Origin: an uncultured Alsobacter sp. | Lineage (GTDB): Bacteria > Pseudomonadota > Alphaproteobacteria > Rhizobiales > Beijerinckiaceae | Reading direction: 5' to 3' | DNA: 64,000 nt | Assembly (NCBI RefSeq): GCF_945952055.1 | Contig: NZ_CAMFHB010000003.1 | Location: 164,323-228,322 of the forward strand | Part shown: one piece after another, positions 40,796-53,459 of the stretch | Numbering within the stretch: position 1 is the first letter of the stretch | Layout: every line of letters begins with the position of its first letter | Position numbers and translations under genes: made by a program | The notes under the pieces: model-generated | Databases searched by the model: none | Seen by the model: only the letters and a program-made list of their open reading frames with translations | Told to the model about the DNA's origin: nothing

Positions 40796-42559
40796 ATGAG
40801 ACTGCTGCCCGCCTTCCTCGCCAGCACGCTGGCCTTGTCCGCCAGCCAGGCGCTCGCCGTCTCGCCGGCCCCGACCCGAGGCGAGAAGGGCATGGTGGTG
40901 ACCTCCCAGCACCTGGCCTCGGCGGTGGGCGCGGAGATCCTGAAGAAGGGCGGCAACGCGATCGACGCGGCGGTGGCGGTGGGCTACGCGCTCGCCGTGA
41001 CCCATCCGTGCTGCGGCAACATCGGCGGGGGCGGCTTCGCGACGATCCATCTCGCCAACGGCAAGGACACCTTCATCAACTTCCGCGAGAAGGCACCCCT
41101 CGCCGCCACGGAGACGATGTATCTCGACGCCAAGGGCGAGATCATCCCGAAGGCGAGCCTGGAAGGCTATCTCTCGGTCGGCGTGCCCGGCTCCGTGCTC
41201 GGCCTCGAGACCATGCTGACGCGCTATGGCACCATGTCGCGCGCGTCGGTGATGGAGCCGGCGATCAAGCTCGCCGAAGAGGGCTTCGTGCTGGTGGCCG
41301 GCGACGTGGACATCCTCGACACGTCGGTGAAGTCGTTCGCCACCCAGCCCAACGTGGCTTCGATCTTCCTCAACAACGGCAAGCCCTTCAAGCCGGGCGA
41401 GCGGCTCGTGCAGAAGGACCTCGCGGCGACGCTGAAGGCGATCTCGGCGGGAGGCCCCGACGCCTTCTACAAGGGCGCCATCGCCGACAAGGTCGCGGCC
41501 GCGAGCGCGGCCAATGGCGGGATCCTGACGAAGAAGGACTTCGAGACCTACCACGTCACCGAGACCGAGCCCGTGCGCTGCACCTATCGCGGCTTCACGG
41601 TGACGTCGTCTCCGCCGCCGAGCTCGGGCGGCACGACGATCTGCCAGATTCTGAACATCGTCGAGGGGTACCCGATCGGCCAGATGGGCTTCAATTCGGC
41701 GGCCACGATCAATGTCATGACCGAGGCTATGCGGCACGCCTATGTGGACCGCAACTTCCAGCTCGGCGACCCCGAGTTCGTGAAGAACCCGCTCGACAAG
41801 CTGCTGTCCAAGGACTACGCGGCGGCGATCCGGGCCAAGATCACCCCCGGCAAAGCCTCGACGTCCAAGGAAGTCCAGCCGGGCGTCGAACCGCACGAGG
41901 GCACGCAGACCACGCACTATTCCGTCACCGACAGTGCCGGAAACGCAGTCTCCGTCACCTACACGATCAATGCGCTCTTCGGCGCGAAGGTCATCGCCGG
42001 CGACACGGGCTTCTTCCTCAACGACGAGATGGACGACTTCACGACGAAGCCTGGCGTGGCCAACCTGTTCGGCCTGGTGCAGGGCAAGACGAACGCCATT
42101 GCCCCGGGCAAGCGGCCGCTGAGCTCGATGAGCCCCACCATCATCAGCCGCGACGGCAAGACCTTCATGGTGCTCGGCAGCCCCGGCGGGTCGCGCATCA
42201 TCACCATCACGCTCGAGACGGCGATGAACGTGATCGATCACGGCATGAATGCCCAGGAGGCCGTCGACGCTCCCCGCTTCCACCACCAGTGGCTGCCGGA
42301 CACCGTCTATGTGGAGCCCTTCGCCATTTCGGCCGACACCAGGAAGGCGCTGACCGACATGGGCTACTCCCTCACCCAGCAGGCGCCCTGGGGCGCGGCC
42401 GAGGTGATCCTGCTCGCGCCCGAGAAGCCGATCCCGCTGGTCAGCGCCGGCCAGCAGGCCTCGACGAGCGACTCGATGGTGGGCGGGAAGATGGATCCGG
42501 GCGCGCTCTACGGCGCGAACGACAACCGCAAGCCGGCCGGCGCTGCTTCCGGGTATTGA
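40796..42559 (+). CDS. ggt: Gamma-glutamyltransferase
   Basis: Signal peptide (MRLLPAFLASTLALSASQALA). The autoprocessing site T in EGTQTTHYSV, and GSPGGSRII. The upstream part of the track ORF is spurious. Confidence 0.93.
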   Translation: MRLLPAFLASTLALSASQALAVSPAPTRGEKGMVVTSQHLASAVGAEILKKGGNAIDAAVAVGYALAVTHPCCGNIGGGGFATIHLANGKDTFINFREKAPLAATETMYLDAKGEIIPKASLEGYLSVGVPGSVLGLETMLTRYGTMSRASVMEPAIKLAEEGFVLVAGDVDILDTSVKSFATQPNVASIFLNNGKPFKPGERLVQKDLAATLKAISAGGPDAFYKGAIADKVAAASAANGGILTKKDFETYHVTETEPVRCTYRGFTVTSSPPPSSGGTTICQILNIVEGYPIGQMGFNSAATINVMTEAMRHAYVDRNFQLGDPEFVKNPLDKLLSKDYAAAIRAKITPGKASTSKEVQPGVEPHEGTQTTHYSVTDSAGNAVSVTYTINALFGAKVIAGDTGFFLNDEMDDFTTKPGVANLFGLVQGKTNAIAPGKRPLSSMSPTIISRDGKTFMVLGSPGGSRIITITLETAMNVIDHGMNAQEAVDAPRFHHQWLPDTVYVEPFAISADTRKALTDMGYSLTQQAPWGAAEVILLAPEKPIPLVSAGQQASTSDSMVGGKMDPGALYGANDNRKPAGAASGY

Positions 42560-42634
42560 GGCGAACGACCAAACCGGGCGTGCGTCGGCACGGCCGCTTC
42601 GCGGCCTGCTCGGAGCGTGTGACCCTTCCGGTCG

Positions 42635-43213
42635 TCACGCGATCCCGACGGCCGCGCCGATCAGCCCGTTGATGCCGAAGTCGGCCATGACGATCAGGGC
42701 GGCGAGGCCGCCCGAAATGCCCAGCGAGGTCTTGGCCAGGAACCAGCGGTACTGGGCCACGATGACGCCGAAGGCGACGGCGTAGAGGATCGACAGGCCG
42801 TAGGTCGCGAGCCCCAGCACATACAGAGCGGTCGGCAACGCGAAGATCGCCGTGCTGATCACGGCCGACCAATTGTAGGCGATGATGTAACCGACATAGC
42901 GGGATCCGAGCCCCAGGCGGCGGACGACCCAGATCATCGCGAGCGGGAAGACCATCCATGCGAGCCCCGCCACCAGCGCCTCGCGTGCCACGACCCACCC
43001 GTCGGCGAACAGTCCGGCCTCGGCGGGCAATCCGAGCTGCATGCGGTCGAAGGCCAGCGCGGTCACGAAAGCGGGTGCGGTGAGAACGACGGCCGCGAAG
43101 GATCGCCAGAAGGCCGGGACCGAGACTTCGAAGCCTTCGTAGCCCTCGGCATCGCGGTTCAGGAGCTTGAGGGACCCGGAAATGGCGCGGCCGATCTCAT
43201 CCGCTGTCAGCAT
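42635..43213 (-). CDS. Hypothetical polytopic membrane protein
   Basis: About 192 aa from the Met at 43213. Five or so hydrophobic segments and GC3-rich codons. No family recognised. Confidence 0.5.
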   Translation of the reverse strand: MLTADEIGRAISGSLKLLNRDAEGYEGFEVSVPAFWRSFAAVVLTAPAFVTALAFDRMQLGLPAEAGLFADGWVVAREALVAGLAWMVFPLAMIWVVRRLGLGSRYVGYIIAYNWSAVISTAIFALPTALYVLGLATYGLSILYAVAFGVIVAQYRWFLAKTSLGISGGLAALIVMADFGINGLIGAAVGIA

Positions 43214-43332
43214 GGCAGTGCCTCGCATGTTGCACTGCACTACAATGCCATGCGTTAGACTTTAGTCGAGGGGTGCCCTACCGGCTCAACCAAATGTGAT
43301 TGCGGCCAGCGGACCTCGGAAAGAAGCCGCCC

Positions 43333-43857
43333 TCAACCCGCCCCATCGGGGGGAAGGTCCATGTCCCGGGTCAGCAGGACCTCGTCGTAGTAGGTTCCGT
43401 CCGAGAACAGGGCGCGGGGCTCCATGCCATAGGGCACGAACCCGGCCCGGACATAGATCGCATGGGCGCCCGGGTTGGCGACGGCGACCGCGGCTCGCAG
43501 CACCTTGCAGTGGGGGCGCGCATGGCGGACGACATGGCTCACGAGCGCCGACGCCAGGCCCTGCCGCCGGTAGGCAGGCAGGACCGCGACCCCGGTCATC
43601 CAGCCGACATGGCGCCGGCGGATCCCGCTCTCGACCGTGAAGCGGGCGGTGCCCGCCATGGTTCCACCAACGAAGGCGCCGAACACCGCGGCGGGAACCG
43701 GCTCTTCGATCCGCGCCAGGAAGAAGGCGTCCGGCTGGACGGACTCCTCGTCCCAGGAGCTTCCGAACGCGAAGGGCGAATCCGCGAGGCCCGCCAGGCG
43801 AACGGTCCGGTAGGCGGTGACGTCCGCCGGTTCGAGCCGCCGGACGATCGCCTCCAA
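43333..43857 (-). CDS. GNAT-family N-acetyltransferase
   Basis: Acetyl-CoA motif A context (VAVLPAYRRQGLASALV) in a 174-aa protein. Confidence 0.8.
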   Translation of the reverse strand: MEAIVRRLEPADVTAYRTVRLAGLADSPFAFGSSWDEESVQPDAFFLARIEEPVPAAVFGAFVGGTMAGTARFTVESGIRRRHVGWMTGVAVLPAYRRQGLASALVSHVVRHARPHCKVLRAAVAVANPGAHAIYVRAGFVPYGMEPRALFSDGTYYDEVLLTRDMDLPPDGAG

Positions 43858-43861
43858 CGGA

Positions 43862-44710
<849 letters not shown>

Positions 44711-44797
44711 GGCGTTCCCGTGCAGCGAGGTTGGACGTTGCCGCGCTGATTAGAGCATTTTCTCAAGTCGTGGAAGGCGCCGGGCGAAGGCCGCCGC

Positions 44798-46018
44798 TCA
44801 AAGCCAGCTCCGCCCCGGCGATCGCCCCGGCAGACCCAAGTGCTCAGCCACCGTCTCGCCGATGTCGGCATAGGTGTCGCGGCGTCCCAGGTCCCTCGCG
44901 ACGACCTGCGGGCCGAAGGCCAGGAGCGGCACATGCTCGCGCGTGTGGTCCGTCCCGCCCCAGGTCGGATCGTTGCCGTGATCGGCCGTGAGAATGGCCA
45001 AGTCGCCGGGCTGCAGCAGCGCCTGGAACTCCGGCAGGCGGGAATCGAAGGCCTCCAGCGCGGCCGCGTATCCCGGCACGTCGCGGCGGTGGCCGAAGTC
45101 GGTGTCGAAGTCCACGAAATTGGCGAAGAGCAGACCGCCATCGGCGAGCCGCGGGACTTCCTCGAGCATGCGGTCGAACAGGGCCATGTTGCCCGGCTGC
45201 TTCACCTCGCGGCCGGTGGCGCGATGGAAGAAGATGTCGCCGATCTTGCCGACCGTCACCACGTCGCGGCCGGCGGCCCCGGCCCGGTCGAGGATCGTGT
45301 CGGCGGGCGGCGGGATCGCGAAGTCCTTGCGGTTGCCGGTTCGCACGAACCCGGTGGTGGCATCGCCCAGGAACGGCCGGGCGATCACGCGGCCGATCCC
45401 CAGCGGATCGACCAGCCGGCGCACGACCTTGCAGAGCGCGTAGAGCCGCTCCAGGCCGAAACTCTCCTCGTGCGCGGCGATCTGCAGAACGCTGTCGACC
45501 GAGGTGTAGCAGATGGGCTTGCCCGTGCGCACGTGCTCGGCGCCCAATTCGTCGAGGATGGCGGTGCCCGAGGCATGGCAATCGCCCAGGATGCCGGGAA
45601 CGCCGCCCTCCGCGACGATGGCCGCCGTCAGGTCCGGGGGAAAGGCGGGGCGGGTGTCGGGGAAATAGCCGAAGGCGAAGGGGGCCGGAGCGCCGGAAAT
45701 CTCCCAATGCCCGGAAATGGTGTCCTTGCCCTTCGAGATCTCGACGGCATGGCCCCATTGCCCCGTGGGACGGGCGGCGGGCTCGAGCCCTGCGGGTGGA
45801 CGGCCGGTCGAGCCCTGCATGGCCTGGACCAGGCCGAGCGCGGTCATGGCCGGCAGGGCCAGCCGGCCCTGCCGCAGGCCGGCCCTGTCGCCCTCGCCGC
45901 GGGCGCAGGCGGCGGCGATGTGACCCAGCGTGTCGGCGCCGGCGTCCCCGTAGGCGGCGGCATCGGCCGCTCCGCCGCAGCCGACGGAATCCATGACGAT
46001 GAGAAAGGCGCGTGTCAT
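44798..46018 (-). CDS. deoB: Phosphopentomutase
   Basis: N-terminal [12 protein letters not shown], plus TADHGNDPT. Start at the Met at 46018, with an ATGA overlap with the upstream gene. Confidence 0.9.
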   Translation of the reverse strand: MTRAFLIVMDSVGCGGAADAAAYGDAGADTLGHIAAACARGEGDRAGLRQGRLALPAMTALGLVQAMQGSTGRPPAGLEPAARPTGQWGHAVEISKGKDTISGHWEISGAPAPFAFGYFPDTRPAFPPDLTAAIVAEGGVPGILGDCHASGTAILDELGAEHVRTGKPICYTSVDSVLQIAAHEESFGLERLYALCKVVRRLVDPLGIGRVIARPFLGDATTGFVRTGNRKDFAIPPPADTILDRAGAAGRDVVTVGKIGDIFFHRATGREVKQPGNMALFDRMLEEVPRLADGGLLFANFVDFDTDFGHRRDVPGYAAALEAFDSRLPEFQALLQPGDLAILTADHGNDPTWGGTDHTREHVPLLAFGPQVVARDLGRRDTYADIGETVAEHLGLPGRSPGRSWL

Positions 46019-46923
46019 GCCGGAGCGTGCTCGGAGAGCAGGGCGTGGCGCAGGTCCTGCCAGCTCGCCTCGTCCGGTGCCAGGATCAGGCCGCCGTCGA
46101 GATGCGTCGGGAGCCATGGGCTGCCGTCGTAGCGGGCCGAGTAGCCGCCGGCCTCCCGGTGCAGGAGCCAGCCCGGCGCATGGTCCCAGGGCATGAGCTT
46201 GCTGAACAGCGCGTAATGCGTGTGGCCGGAGGCGACCAGCCGGTATTCATGGGCGGCGCAGCGGTAGCACAGCGCCATCCTGACGCGGCTCAGATTGGTG
46301 GCGAGCAGCGAGCGCTGCGGCTCCGGCGACCAATGCCAGGAGGTGGTGCCCACCATGTCCTTGGCCGCCAGCGGCGCGGCGACGCGCATGTCGTTGCGCT
46401 TGCCGTCGGCGCCCTCCCACCAGGCGCCTTCGCCGCGCAGGGCATAGGAACACATGGCGCCGAGCGGATCGAGGATGACCGTCGCCGCGACCTCGCCCTT
46501 CACGATGGCCGCCGCCATGACGGCAAAGAGGGGAAGGCCAGCGGCAAAGTTGGCCGTCCCGTCGACGGGGTCGACCAGGAAGGCGAGATCGGCGGTCTTC
46601 AGCAGGTCGAGCTTGCCGGGATCGGCAGCGACGCCCTCCTCGCCGACGACGGCCGCGGAGGGGAACAGGCGCTTCAAACCGGCCTCGATGACCTTCTCGG
46701 CCTGAACGTCGGCGTCCGTGACGAGGTCGATCGCCGAGCTCTTGGTCCGGATGTCGCCTTCGCCGAGCTGTCGGAACCGGGGCAGGATCTCGCTGCGCGC
46801 GGCCTCCGCCAGGATGTCGGACACATTGCGGATGTCGCGTTCAGTCAGGACCACGGCGTGCCTCTCTCGTTTCTGGGGCCTCGGACCGTGCTTCGCATTC
46901 CTTGGAAACGGAGCATGGTCCAC
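46015..46923 (-). CDS. Inositol monophosphatase family protein
   Basis: IMPase motifs (VVGEE..., [19 protein letters not shown]). Confidence 0.85.
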   Translation of the reverse strand: MDHAPFPRNAKHGPRPQKRERHAVVLTERDIRNVSDILAEAARSEILPRFRQLGEGDIRTKSSAIDLVTDADVQAEKVIEAGLKRLFPSAAVVGEEGVAADPGKLDLLKTADLAFLVDPVDGTANFAAGLPLFAVMAAAIVKGEVAATVILDPLGAMCSYALRGEGAWWEGADGKRNDMRVAAPLAAKDMVGTTSWHWSPEPQRSLLATNLSRVRMALCYRCAAHEYRLVASGHTHYALFSKLMPWDHAPGWLLHREAGGYSARYDGSPWLPTHLDGGLILAPDEASWQDLRHALLSEHAPA

Positions 46924-46952
46924 GTCTGTTTCGCAGCCTGCTCCAGGGACCG

Positions 46953-48577
<1,625 letters not shown>

Positions 48578-48581
<4 letters not shown>

Positions 48582-49027
48582 TGCAGATAGGCGTCCAGAA
48601 TCGTCGCGATGTCGGGATCGTCAGACCGAATGCGCGTCAAGCCATCGGGCAGCTTCATGCGATCGTCCCGTGTCAGAATGACCGGACAACCACACTGGAC
48701 GGCTGTCACGACGTGAATGGCGTCAGGCACCTTGGCTCCCGTTATCGCGCGATAGTTCGCCACAGAATAGAGGAGTGTACGGGAAATAGGGTGCAACTCC
48801 ACCGCTCCGCTGAAGACAAGGAGGTCGAGGTAGCTCCTGTGCAGGCTCGGCCCGCCGCGCGCGCGTGCTGGAACCAGAACCTCCGCCAGCACCAACTCGC
48901 TCGAGACGACCGGTATTCCCCGCCGCCGCAAGCGGACCATCAGTGACCGAAGCGGAAAGGAAAGAAATTCGGCGCCTTCCATCAATTCAATGAAAACATT
49001 TGAATCAAAATAGGGCTTCGTGATCAT
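48578..49027 (-). CDS. PIN-domain (VapC-like) ribonuclease toxin
   Basis: 149 aa. Acidic residues spaced as in a PIN domain (FDSNVFI, SSELVLAEV, VPDAIHV, TRDD). ATGA overlaps at both ends. G+C is clearly lower than the flanking DNA. Confidence 0.8.
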
Positions 49028-49251
49028 GAATTTTCATATCGGCCTTTGTGAATTTCTTCCATGATTTCGTCGGCGCTCAGGTAAGGTGGCTGACGAGCTG
49101 CAAATATATCTTCCAAATTTGCTTGAAGCCGGTGTGTGGGATCCACGCTGGTCTCAACGATCAACCGTACGCTGTTGGCGTCGACGATCTGTCGCTGAAT
49201 GTCTTCAGGCAGACGATCGACGGGGTAGCCTTCAAGGACAATCTTGTTCAT
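49024..49251 (-). CDS. Putative cognate antitoxin (75 aa, family not recognised)
   Basis: GGAGG lies 8 nt upstream of the ATG. 4-nt overlap with the PIN gene. Acidic C-terminal half. Possibly a degenerate AbrB/MazE-like N-terminus (PVDRLPEDIQRQI..VRLIVE), but this is a guess. Confidence 0.55.
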   Translation of the reverse strand: MNKIVLEGYPVDRLPEDIQRQIVDANSVRLIVETSVDPTHRLQANLEDIFAARQPPYLSADEIMEEIHKGRYENS

Positions 49252-49287
49252 GGCTTCGATCCTCCGCGGACGGACAATACCCCGTTC

Positions 49288-50454
49288 TCACGCGAACGTC
49301 TTGCGGGGGTCGAACGCGTCGCGCACGGCCTCGCCGATGAAGATGAGCAGCGACAGCATCACGGCGATGACCGTGAAGCCGGTGAGACCCAGCCACGGAG
49401 CCGAGACGTTGCTCTTGCCCTGAAGGAGCAACTCGCCCAGGGACGGCGAGCCCGGCGGCAGCCCAAAGCCCAGGAAGTCGAGCGAGGTGAGGGTCGTGAT
49501 CGAGCCGTTCAGGATGAACGGCAGGAAGGTCATGGTGGCGACCATGGCGTTGGGAAGCACGTGCTTGACCATGATCTTGCTGTCGGTGAGACCCAGCGCG
49601 CGCGCGGCCCTGACATAGTCGAAGTTCCTGGCCCGCAGGAACTCGGCCCGGACCACGTGCACCAGCGCCACCCACGAGAACAGGAGCAGGATGCCGAGCA
49701 GGGTGAAGAACGAGGGCGGGAAGAAATTCGACAGGATCATCAGGAGATAGAGCGACGGTATCGCCGACCAGATCTCGATGACGCGCTGGAAATAGAGGTC
49801 GATCTTGCCGCCGAAATAGCCCTGCACCGCGCCCGCCAGGATGCCGATCACGGAGGAGACGCCGGCCAGCAGCAGGCCGAACAGCACCGAGATGCGGAAG
49901 CCGTAGATGATGCGGGCGAGCACGTCGCGGCCGCCGTCGTCGGTCCCGAGCCAATTCCATTCCAGGCCGCGGCAGCCGGTCACGCCCTTGCGCTCCGCGA
50001 TGGGCTTGCAGACCTCGTCCTTGAGCATCCATGTCGGGGGAGACGGGGCGGCCGTCGGCAGGTCCAGGTTGATGGTGTTGGAGCCGAAGCGGATCGGTGG
50101 CCAGATCGCCCAGCCATTCTCCGCGATCTCCTTCTCGATCACCGGGTCGCGGTAGTCGGTCTGGGCGAGAAAGCCGCCGAACTTCTCCTCGGGATAATTC
50201 ACGAACACGGGAAAGAGCGTCTCTCCCTTGTAGCGGACGACGATCGGGCGATCGTTGGCGATGAACTCCGCGCACAGGCACAGGACGAAGAGGACGAGGA
50301 AGATCCAGAAAGACCAGTGGCCGCGCCGGTTGGCCCGAAAATTGGCGAGGCGGCGCTCGTTGATCGGCGAGAGCCGGAACAGGCCCTTGCGCGGCAGCGG
50401 CGGCGCGAGCCGGGGCGCGACGGGGGCGGCGGAACGTTCGAGCACGGTCGTCAC
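49288..50454 (-). CDS. yejE: ABC transporter permease YejE
   Basis: 388 aa. A long N-terminal periplasmic loop, then a BPD-type permease domain of the Opp/Dpp C class. Confidence 0.9.
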   Translation of the reverse strand: MTTVLERSAAPVAPRLAPPLPRKGLFRLSPINERRLANFRANRRGHWSFWIFLVLFVLCLCAEFIANDRPIVVRYKGETLFPVFVNYPEEKFGGFLAQTDYRDPVIEKEIAENGWAIWPPIRFGSNTINLDLPTAAPSPPTWMLKDEVCKPIAERKGVTGCRGLEWNWLGTDDGGRDVLARIIYGFRISVLFGLLLAGVSSVIGILAGAVQGYFGGKIDLYFQRVIEIWSAIPSLYLLMILSNFFPPSFFTLLGILLLFSWVALVHVVRAEFLRARNFDYVRAARALGLTDSKIMVKHVLPNAMVATMTFLPFILNGSITTLTSLDFLGFGLPPGSPSLGELLLQGKSNVSAPWLGLTGFTVIAVMLSLLIFIGEAVRDAFDPRKTFA

Positions 50455-51573
50455 TCAGACCTCCCGCGTCTCGAAGTCGATCCGCGGATCGACCCAGGTA
50501 TAGGCGAGGTCCGAGACCAGGTTCACCACGAGACCGAGCAGCGAGAAGATGTAGAGTGTGGCGAACACGACGGCGTAGTCGCGGTTGACGATCGACTCGT
50601 AGGAGAGCAGCCCAAGGCCGTCGAGCGAGAAGACGGTCTCGATGAGCAGCGAGCCCGTGAAGAACGCGTGGATGAAGGCCCCCGGGAAGCCGGCGATCAC
50701 GATCAGCATCGCGTTGCGAAAGACGTGACCGTAGAGCACCTGCCGGTCCGTAAGGCCCTTCATGCGCGCGGTGAGGACATATTGCTTGCGGATCTCGTCG
50801 AGGAACGAGTTCTTGGTCAGCAGCGTGGACGTGGCGAAGGCGCCCAGCATCATCGACAGGAGCGGCAAGGTGATGTGGTACAGAAGGTCGATGGGGACCA
50901 TGTACCAGGGCATCTGGCTCAGGTTGTCGGAATAGAGGCCCCTGAGCGGAAAGAACGGGAAGAACGAGGATCCCTGCCCGAACAGCACGATCAGCAGGAT
51001 CGCGAACAGGAAGCCCGGAATCGCATAGCCGACGATGACGATGGCGGAGGTCCAGGTGTCGAAGCTCGACCCGTCCTTGATCGCCTTGCGGATCCCGAGC
51101 GGGATCGAGATCATGTAGGACAGGAACGTCATCGACAGGCCGAGGGGAATCGAAACCCAGAGCTTTTCCTTGATCAGCTGCAGGATCGACGTGTCGCGGA
51201 AATAGCTCTTGCCGAAGTCGAAGCGGATGTAGTTCCACATCATCATCACGAAGCGTTCGGCCGGCGGCTTGTCGAACCCGAACTGCGCCTCGAGCTGCTT
51301 GATGAAGGCGGGGTCGAGACCCTGGGCCCCGCGGTATTTGGAGGTCGTCTCCGCTCCGCCGCCGCCCGGCTGCACCTGTTGCCCGCCGGCGAAATCGCCG
51401 CCGCCGCCGGAAATACGGGACGTGGCGGAGGTGTCGTTGCCCTGCAATTGGGCCAGCACCCGTTCGACCGGACCGCCCGGGGCGAACTGCACGATAATGA
51501 AGGAGATCAGCATGATCCCGAGCAGGGTCGGGATCATCAGGAGCACGCGCCGGGCAATATAGGAGAGCATCAA
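50455..51573 (-). CDS. yejB: ABC transporter permease YejB
   Basis: 372 aa. N-terminus MLSYIARRVLLMIPTLLGIMLISFIIVQFAPGGPVE and the Gly-rich loop typical of YejB. Confidence 0.9.
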   Translation of the reverse strand: MMLSYIARRVLLMIPTLLGIMLISFIIVQFAPGGPVERVLAQLQGNDTSATSRISGGGGDFAGGQQVQPGGGGAETTSKYRGAQGLDPAFIKQLEAQFGFDKPPAERFVMMMWNYIRFDFGKSYFRDTSILQLIKEKLWVSIPLGLSMTFLSYMISIPLGIRKAIKDGSSFDTWTSAIVIVGYAIPGFLFAILLIVLFGQGSSFFPFFPLRGLYSDNLSQMPWYMVPIDLLYHITLPLLSMMLGAFATSTLLTKNSFLDEIRKQYVLTARMKGLTDRQVLYGHVFRNAMLIVIAGFPGAFIHAFFTGSLLIETVFSLDGLGLLSYESIVNRDYAVVFATLYIFSLLGLVVNLVSDLAYTWVDPRIDFETREV

Positions 51574-53459
51574 GCCTTTCCGATTCGCTTGGCCTTCGCC
51601 TCGTCATACCACCAAGTGCCCGGCGCGCCCCTGTCGTAGCGGGGCTTCGTCGCCGGGCGACCGAACATGTCCCAATAGGCCAGCCAGTGCTCGGCCTTGT
51701 ACCACATGGGGATCCAGTAGCGCCCCGCGCGCAGCACCCGGTCCAGCGCCCGGCAGGCCACGGTCAGCTCGGTGCGGGTGTCGGCGGCGAGCGCGGCCTC
51801 GATCATCGCGTCGACGGCGGGGTCCTGGATGCCCGCGATGTTCGAGGAGCCGTCGATCTTGGCCGACTGGGAGCCGAACATCACCCTCAGCCCCTCGCCG
51901 GGCGTGGACCCCATGCTGGTCCGGCGGGTGATGATGTCGAAGTCGTAGGAGTCGACGCGCCGCTGGTACTGCGCGGGATCGACGATGCGGTAGCGGGCCT
52001 CGATCCCGACCAGCTTCAGGTTCTTCAGCAGCGAGCCGGTGTGGGGCTGCAGCGCCCCGTTGGAGTCGAGGAACTCGATCTCGAACGGCTTGCCCGAAGG
52101 CAGTCTCAGCACGTTGCCGTCGCGCTTGCATCCCGCCTCGCGCAGCAGCGCGTCGGCGCGGCGCAGCATGGCGCGGTCCTGCCCGCTGCCATCGGCCTTC
52201 GGGGGAGGCACCGGCTCGCCGAACACCTCGTCAGGAACCTTGCCGCGGAAGGGCTCAAGGAGCTTCAGCTCCTCCGGCGACGGCGCGCCGACGGCCTTCA
52301 TCTCCGAGTTCTCGAAGAACGAGGCCGTGCGCACGTAGGAGCCGAACATGATGTTCGTGTTGGTCCACTCGAAGTCGAACAGGAGGCCCAGCGCGTCGCG
52401 GATCCGGCGGTCGGAGAACTGTTCCCTGCGCGTGTTGAAGTACCATCCCTGGGTGCCCGACGGCGTCTGGTCCGGGATCGTGTCGCGCTTCACCCGGCCA
52501 TCCTTCACGGCCGGGAAGTCATAGGAATTGGCCCAGTCGCGGGACGTGAACTCCTCCCGGAACGTGATGACGCCGGCCTTGAAGCCTTCGAGCGCCACCT
52601 GCCGGTCGCGGAAATACTCGTAGCGCACGCGCTCGAAGTTGTTCGTTCCCACGGCGACCGGGAGAGCGCGGCCCCAGTAGTCCGGCACGCGGGCGAACTC
52701 GACGAAGCGGCCCTGCTCGAAGCGCGACACCTTGTAGGGGCCGGAGCCCAGCGGGGGCTCCAGCGTCGCCTCCTGGAAGGACTTGGCCGTGTAGTAGGCT
52801 TTCGAGAACACCGGCATCGAGGCGACGGCGAGCGGCAGGTCGCGCGAGCGGCCCTTCTCGTAGCGCACCGTGACCGTCCGCGGGTCGAGTGCCTCCGCGC
52901 CCGCGACCTGGCGCAGCAGCTGCGCGTAGGTGGGGTGGCCCTTCTCCTTGAGCAGCATGAGCGAGAAGGCCACGTCGTCGGCCGTGACGGGGCTGCCGTC
53001 GTGGAACCGCGCCTCCGGCCGCAGCCGCCAGGTGTGCGACAGGCCGTCGGCGCCGGCCTTCACCGCTTCGGCCAGCAGGCCGTAGAGCGCGTCCGGCTCG
53101 TCGAGGGCGCGGGCCATCAGCGAGTCGAACGTCGCGCCCATCCCCGCCGCGCCGTCGCCTTTCAGGACGTAGATGTTCAGCGTGTTGAAGGTGTCGAAGG
53201 CCTGGTTGCCGGTCGTCGAAGAGATCTGCAGCAGGACCGCGCCCGCCTTCGGGGCGTCCGGGTCGACATAGTCGAACCGCTTGGCGTCGGCCGGGTATTT
53301 CAGCTCGCCGAAGGTCGAGAGCCCATGCGACCAGCCGGGGTCGGCGGCGGCGGCATGGCGGGCCAGAATGGTGGGCATCGCCGCGGCCGCACCGATGAAG
53401 GTGCCCGCGCGCAGCAGCGTGCGGCGATCGACCGGCAGGCCAGGCCGTCCGCCGCTCAC
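51570..53459 (-). CDS. yejA: Family-5 periplasmic substrate-binding protein (YejA-like), copy 2
   Basis: The GTG at 53459 overlaps the stop of copy 1. Tat-like signal DRRTLLRAGTFIGAAAA. Paralogous to copy 1 along its full length. Confidence 0.82.
   Translation of the reverse strand: MSGGRPGLPVDRRTLLRAGTFIGAAAAMPTILARHAAAADPGWSHGLSTFGELKYPADAKRFDYVDPDAPKAGAVLLQISSTTGNQAFDTFNTLNIYVLKGDGAAGMGATFDSLMARALDEPDALYGLLAEAVKAGADGLSHTWRLRPEARFHDGSPVTADDVAFSLMLLKEKGHPTYAQLLRQVAGAEALDPRTVTVRYEKGRSRDLPLAVASMPVFSKAYYTAKSFQEATLEPPLGSGPYKVSRFEQGRFVEFARVPDYWGRALPVAVGTNNFERVRYEYFRDRQVALEGFKAGVITFREEFTSRDWANSYDFPAVKDGRVKRDTIPDQTPSGTQGWYFNTRREQFSDRRIRDALGLLFDFEWTNTNIMFGSYVRTASFFENSEMKAVGAPSPEELKLLEPFRGKVPDEVFGEPVPPPKADGSGQDRAMLRRADALLREAGCKRDGNVLRLPSGKPFEIEFLDSNGALQPHTGSLLKNLKLVGIEARYRIVDPAQYQRRVDSYDFDIITRRTSMGSTPGEGLRVMFGSQSAKIDGSSNIAGIQDPAVDAMIEAALAADTRTELTVACRALDRVLRAGRYWIPMWYKAEHWLAYWDMFGRPATKPRYDRGAPGTWWYDEAKAKRIGKA

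Noticed and set aside
49048-51639. 863-aa plus-strand ORF across the TA cassette, yejE and yejB
   Set aside because: Antisense shadow ORF. The same applies to 28036..30321(+), 40553..42286(-), 44840..46132(+), 47310..48590(+), 53615..55420(+), 51687..53591(+) and the many other long Arg/Gly/Asp-rich ORFs overlapping confidently assigned genes.
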